A stretch of DNA of 64,000 bases, from NCBI RefSeq assembly GCF_037042905.1, contig NC_087245.1:15068001-15132000 (forward strand). The letters run 5' to 3'. A model generated the notes under the pieces. It worked only from the letters and a program-made list of their open reading frames with translations. It searched no databases and was not told the DNA's origin. The stretch comes from Lytechinus pictus. Taxonomy: Eukaryota. The position numbers and the translations under genes are program-made. Of this stretch, positions 61,720 to 64,000 are shown piece by piece; position 1 is the first letter of the stretch; every line of letters starts with the position of its first letter.

Positions 61720-62335
61720 GTAAGTCAAACATGTTTCAATTATGTTGTCAGGCCGATGTAAGTTTAGAAATTCTTAGGTAGGATAGCAAGACATTTTTTT
61801 ACTACTGAGATAATAATGATAATGTTAACATTGTTTGATATTGTGTTTTTTTATACTAGTTTTACTATCTTTGTTTTCAGAAATGGTGAGATTAATTGCA
61901 CTGCTTTTCTTGATATACACGCATATGACTCAAGTCTTTAAAAAAAATGTGTGTAAAACTAAAAGATGCATGAAAAACCCTCCCATAGTAATTATTCCAT
62001 TATGTCACTGCTCGTGTCATTCGATGTCATAATTATATGTTATAGTGTCTTGAGTTTTTTACTGCAACTCTTAACAAATTATTTGCACATACTTGATTTT
62101 ATTTGCACTAACTATTGAGAGAAATAAATTGGTTTGAAAATTTTTCTTGCCTTGTGATGAAAAATACACTGGATGGGTGGGACTATAGACAATTATTGCT
62201 TTTTAGCAAAAGATGTGATTCCCTATAAAAGTGAATCACACCTTACTGCATTCAAAGCTAATCATTTGACAAGGGTTTGGGAGTGAGCTGTGTAGAAGAT
62301 AATGAAGCAATTGTCTTTGCTTTATCTTTTTTCAG

Positions 62336-62486
62336 TCAGGAAGCTCAGAAGTGTCTTTGTGGATCTGATAAGTGTAGGGGTGTGATTGGCAAACAGAAGA
62401 AACAGAAGGAAGGCAAAGATACAACACCTAGGAGAAGAGGGAGTGTTGGAGAGAAGCGAAGGAAAGAAGCTTTTACAGATATCACA
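62336..62486 (+). CDS. SETD2: SETD2 exon, post-SET (QEAQKCLCGSDKCRGVIG...FTDIT)
   Basis: Acceptor tcttttttcag|, donor ACA|GTAAGT. CxCx4C post-SET motif. Confidence 0.94.
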
Positions 62487-62566
62487 GTAAGTGAAATCTC
62501 TTCTCTTGATAATCAACATTTCCAGTCACTTTGAGACAGTTTCTTCCACAGTTAAATATTGTAAAC

Positions 62567-62740
62567 CAGGTAGATGTTTCATAAAGCTGTTTGTAAAGAT
62601 ATGTGTGACATAAAAACTACTGGAACATGTTCTTAGGTGCCAACTTAGCTACATAGGGATATATCATTTAGCACAAGAAAGGATCACCGGTCGTGCATAA
62701 GGTCACTTTGTAACTAATAGCTTTATGGAACACTCATCGG
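62567..62740. mobile_element. Degraded Harbinger-like MITE (33044 family)
   Basis: gtttcataaagctg...cacaagaaaggatc...gctttatg. Confidence 0.6.
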
Positions 62741-63171
62741 AACATATATTTTTCTTTAATTTCTTTATATTTGGTTTCTTATTGCATTTTTCTTTTGTCA
62801 CTTCGTATCGTCATTGTTTCCACTCTGTGTCTGTTCTTGGTTATGGAGTATTCTTTAGCCTAGGTACTTAAGCATGTGGTCATCTGGAAAAGCATGTAAG
62901 AACCCACCCCCCCAAAAAAAAAATGTTTATATGCAATTCATTCCTTGCTATAAACAGCGGTCTGGTGCATATTGATGAATTGAATAGGACGAAACTTCTG
63001 GATTTTGTTCAAATTCAGTAAAAACAAACCTGTAATATATTCCATGCTCTCCTTGAAATAGACAGTTCTGGGTCCCGTCTTACGAAGAGTTGCGATTGAT
63101 CCAATCAATCGTAACTCTATGGAAATCCATCAGTGTCATAATTTTTTCTACAGGAAATTTGCACAATGTCC

Positions 63172-64000
63172 TTTTTGTCTCGCCTGCATAGCAGAACGAG
63201 ACTATAGGCGCCGCTTTTCCGACGGCGGCGGCGGCGGCGTCAACATCAAATCTTAACCTAAGGTTAAGTTTTTGAAATTACATCATAACTTAAAAAGTAT
63301 ATGGACCTAGTTCATGAAACTTGGACATAAGCTTAATCAAGTATTACTGAATATCCTGCCTGAGTTTCAGGTCACATGACCAAGGTCAAAGGTCATTTAG
63401 GGTCAATGAACTTAGACCATGTTGGGAGAATTATTTTCAAAATCTTAACCGAAGGTTAAGTTTTTGAAATGACATCATAACTTAGAAAGTATATGGACCT
63501 AGTTCATGAAACTTGGGCATAAGGTTAATCAAGTATTACTGAACATCCTGCTTGAGTTTCAGGTCACGTGACCAAGGTCAAAGGTCATTTAGGGTCAATG
63601 AACTTTGGTCAAGTTGGTATTTGTTGAATTACTATCATAACTTAAAAAATTTATGGATCTATTTCATGAAACTTGGACATAAGGTTAATCAAGTACCACT
63701 GAATATCCTGTGCGAGTTTCAGGTCACATGACAATGGTCAATGGTCATTTACGGTCAATGAACTTTGGCCGTGTTGGGGATATTTGTTAAATTACCATCC
63801 TAACTCTGAAAGTTTATGGATCTAGTTCATAAAACTTGGACATAAGAGTAATCAAGTATCAGTGAGCATCCTGTACGAGTTTCAGGTCACATGACCATGG
63901 TCAAAGGTCATTAAAGGTCAATGAACTTTGGCCGTGTGAGGGTATTTGTTGAATTACCATCCTAACTCTGAAAGTTTATGGATCTAGTTCATACAACTTG
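63172..64000 (+). mobile_element. HINE/Tsp-like element, same family as 42626; runs off the window
   Basis: TTTTTGTCTCGCCTGCATAGCAGAACGAGAC, (GGC)n, ~120-bp tandem units. Confidence 0.8.

Larger units (their letters stand above)
45617..62486 (+). other. SETD2: SETD2 gene span (partial; 3' exons beyond window). Model: join(45617..45694,49851..54533,55200..55654,58990..59118,59552..59603,59961..60037,60394..60517,61077..61154,61622..61719,62336..62486,...)
   Basis: Exons splice in frame at AG/GT (one GC) sites and give ...YLTER-RRSKAGKEARRMVCCC...ACGEDCLNRVLMLECGSRCPCGDYCTNKRFQK...EYVGEVL...[49 protein letters not shown]...ELTFDYQF...CLCGSDKCRG. This is collinear with the metazoan SETD2 AWS-SET-postSET region. 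Confidence 0.95.

Overview
AT-rich, repeat-dense eukaryotic genomic DNA. The repeat families suggest an invertebrate deuterostome, probably a sea urchin (inference). The right third holds the 5' part of a + strand SETD2 (H3K36 trimethyltransferase) gene. It has a probable start exon (ATG 45617), a 4.7-kb giant exon encoding a disordered N-terminus, and eight further exons covering AWS-SET-postSET, one of them followed by a GC-AG intron. The gene runs off the right end. The left 45 kb has no recognisable intact protein-coding gene. It contains two independently inserted, decayed DIRS1-type tyrosine-recombinase retrotransposons, an Academ-like element, Helentron-associated satellite-bearing elements, MITEs of several superfamilies, tRNA-derived SINEs and LINE relics (L2, CR1-like, Rex1-like, RTE). 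There are two CpG-richer promoter-like zones (~3.0-3.6 kb and ~40.0-40.8 kb). The main leads are RNA-processing short linear motifs in the SETD2 N-terminus (CTD-mimic heptads, ULM, EEGE[IL], RS/RD domain), a Val replacing the autoinhibitory post-SET-loop Arg, a uORF-laden leader, and a tRNA-like Pol III cassette shared by both DIRS copies. All family assignments come from visual motif recognition, not database searches.
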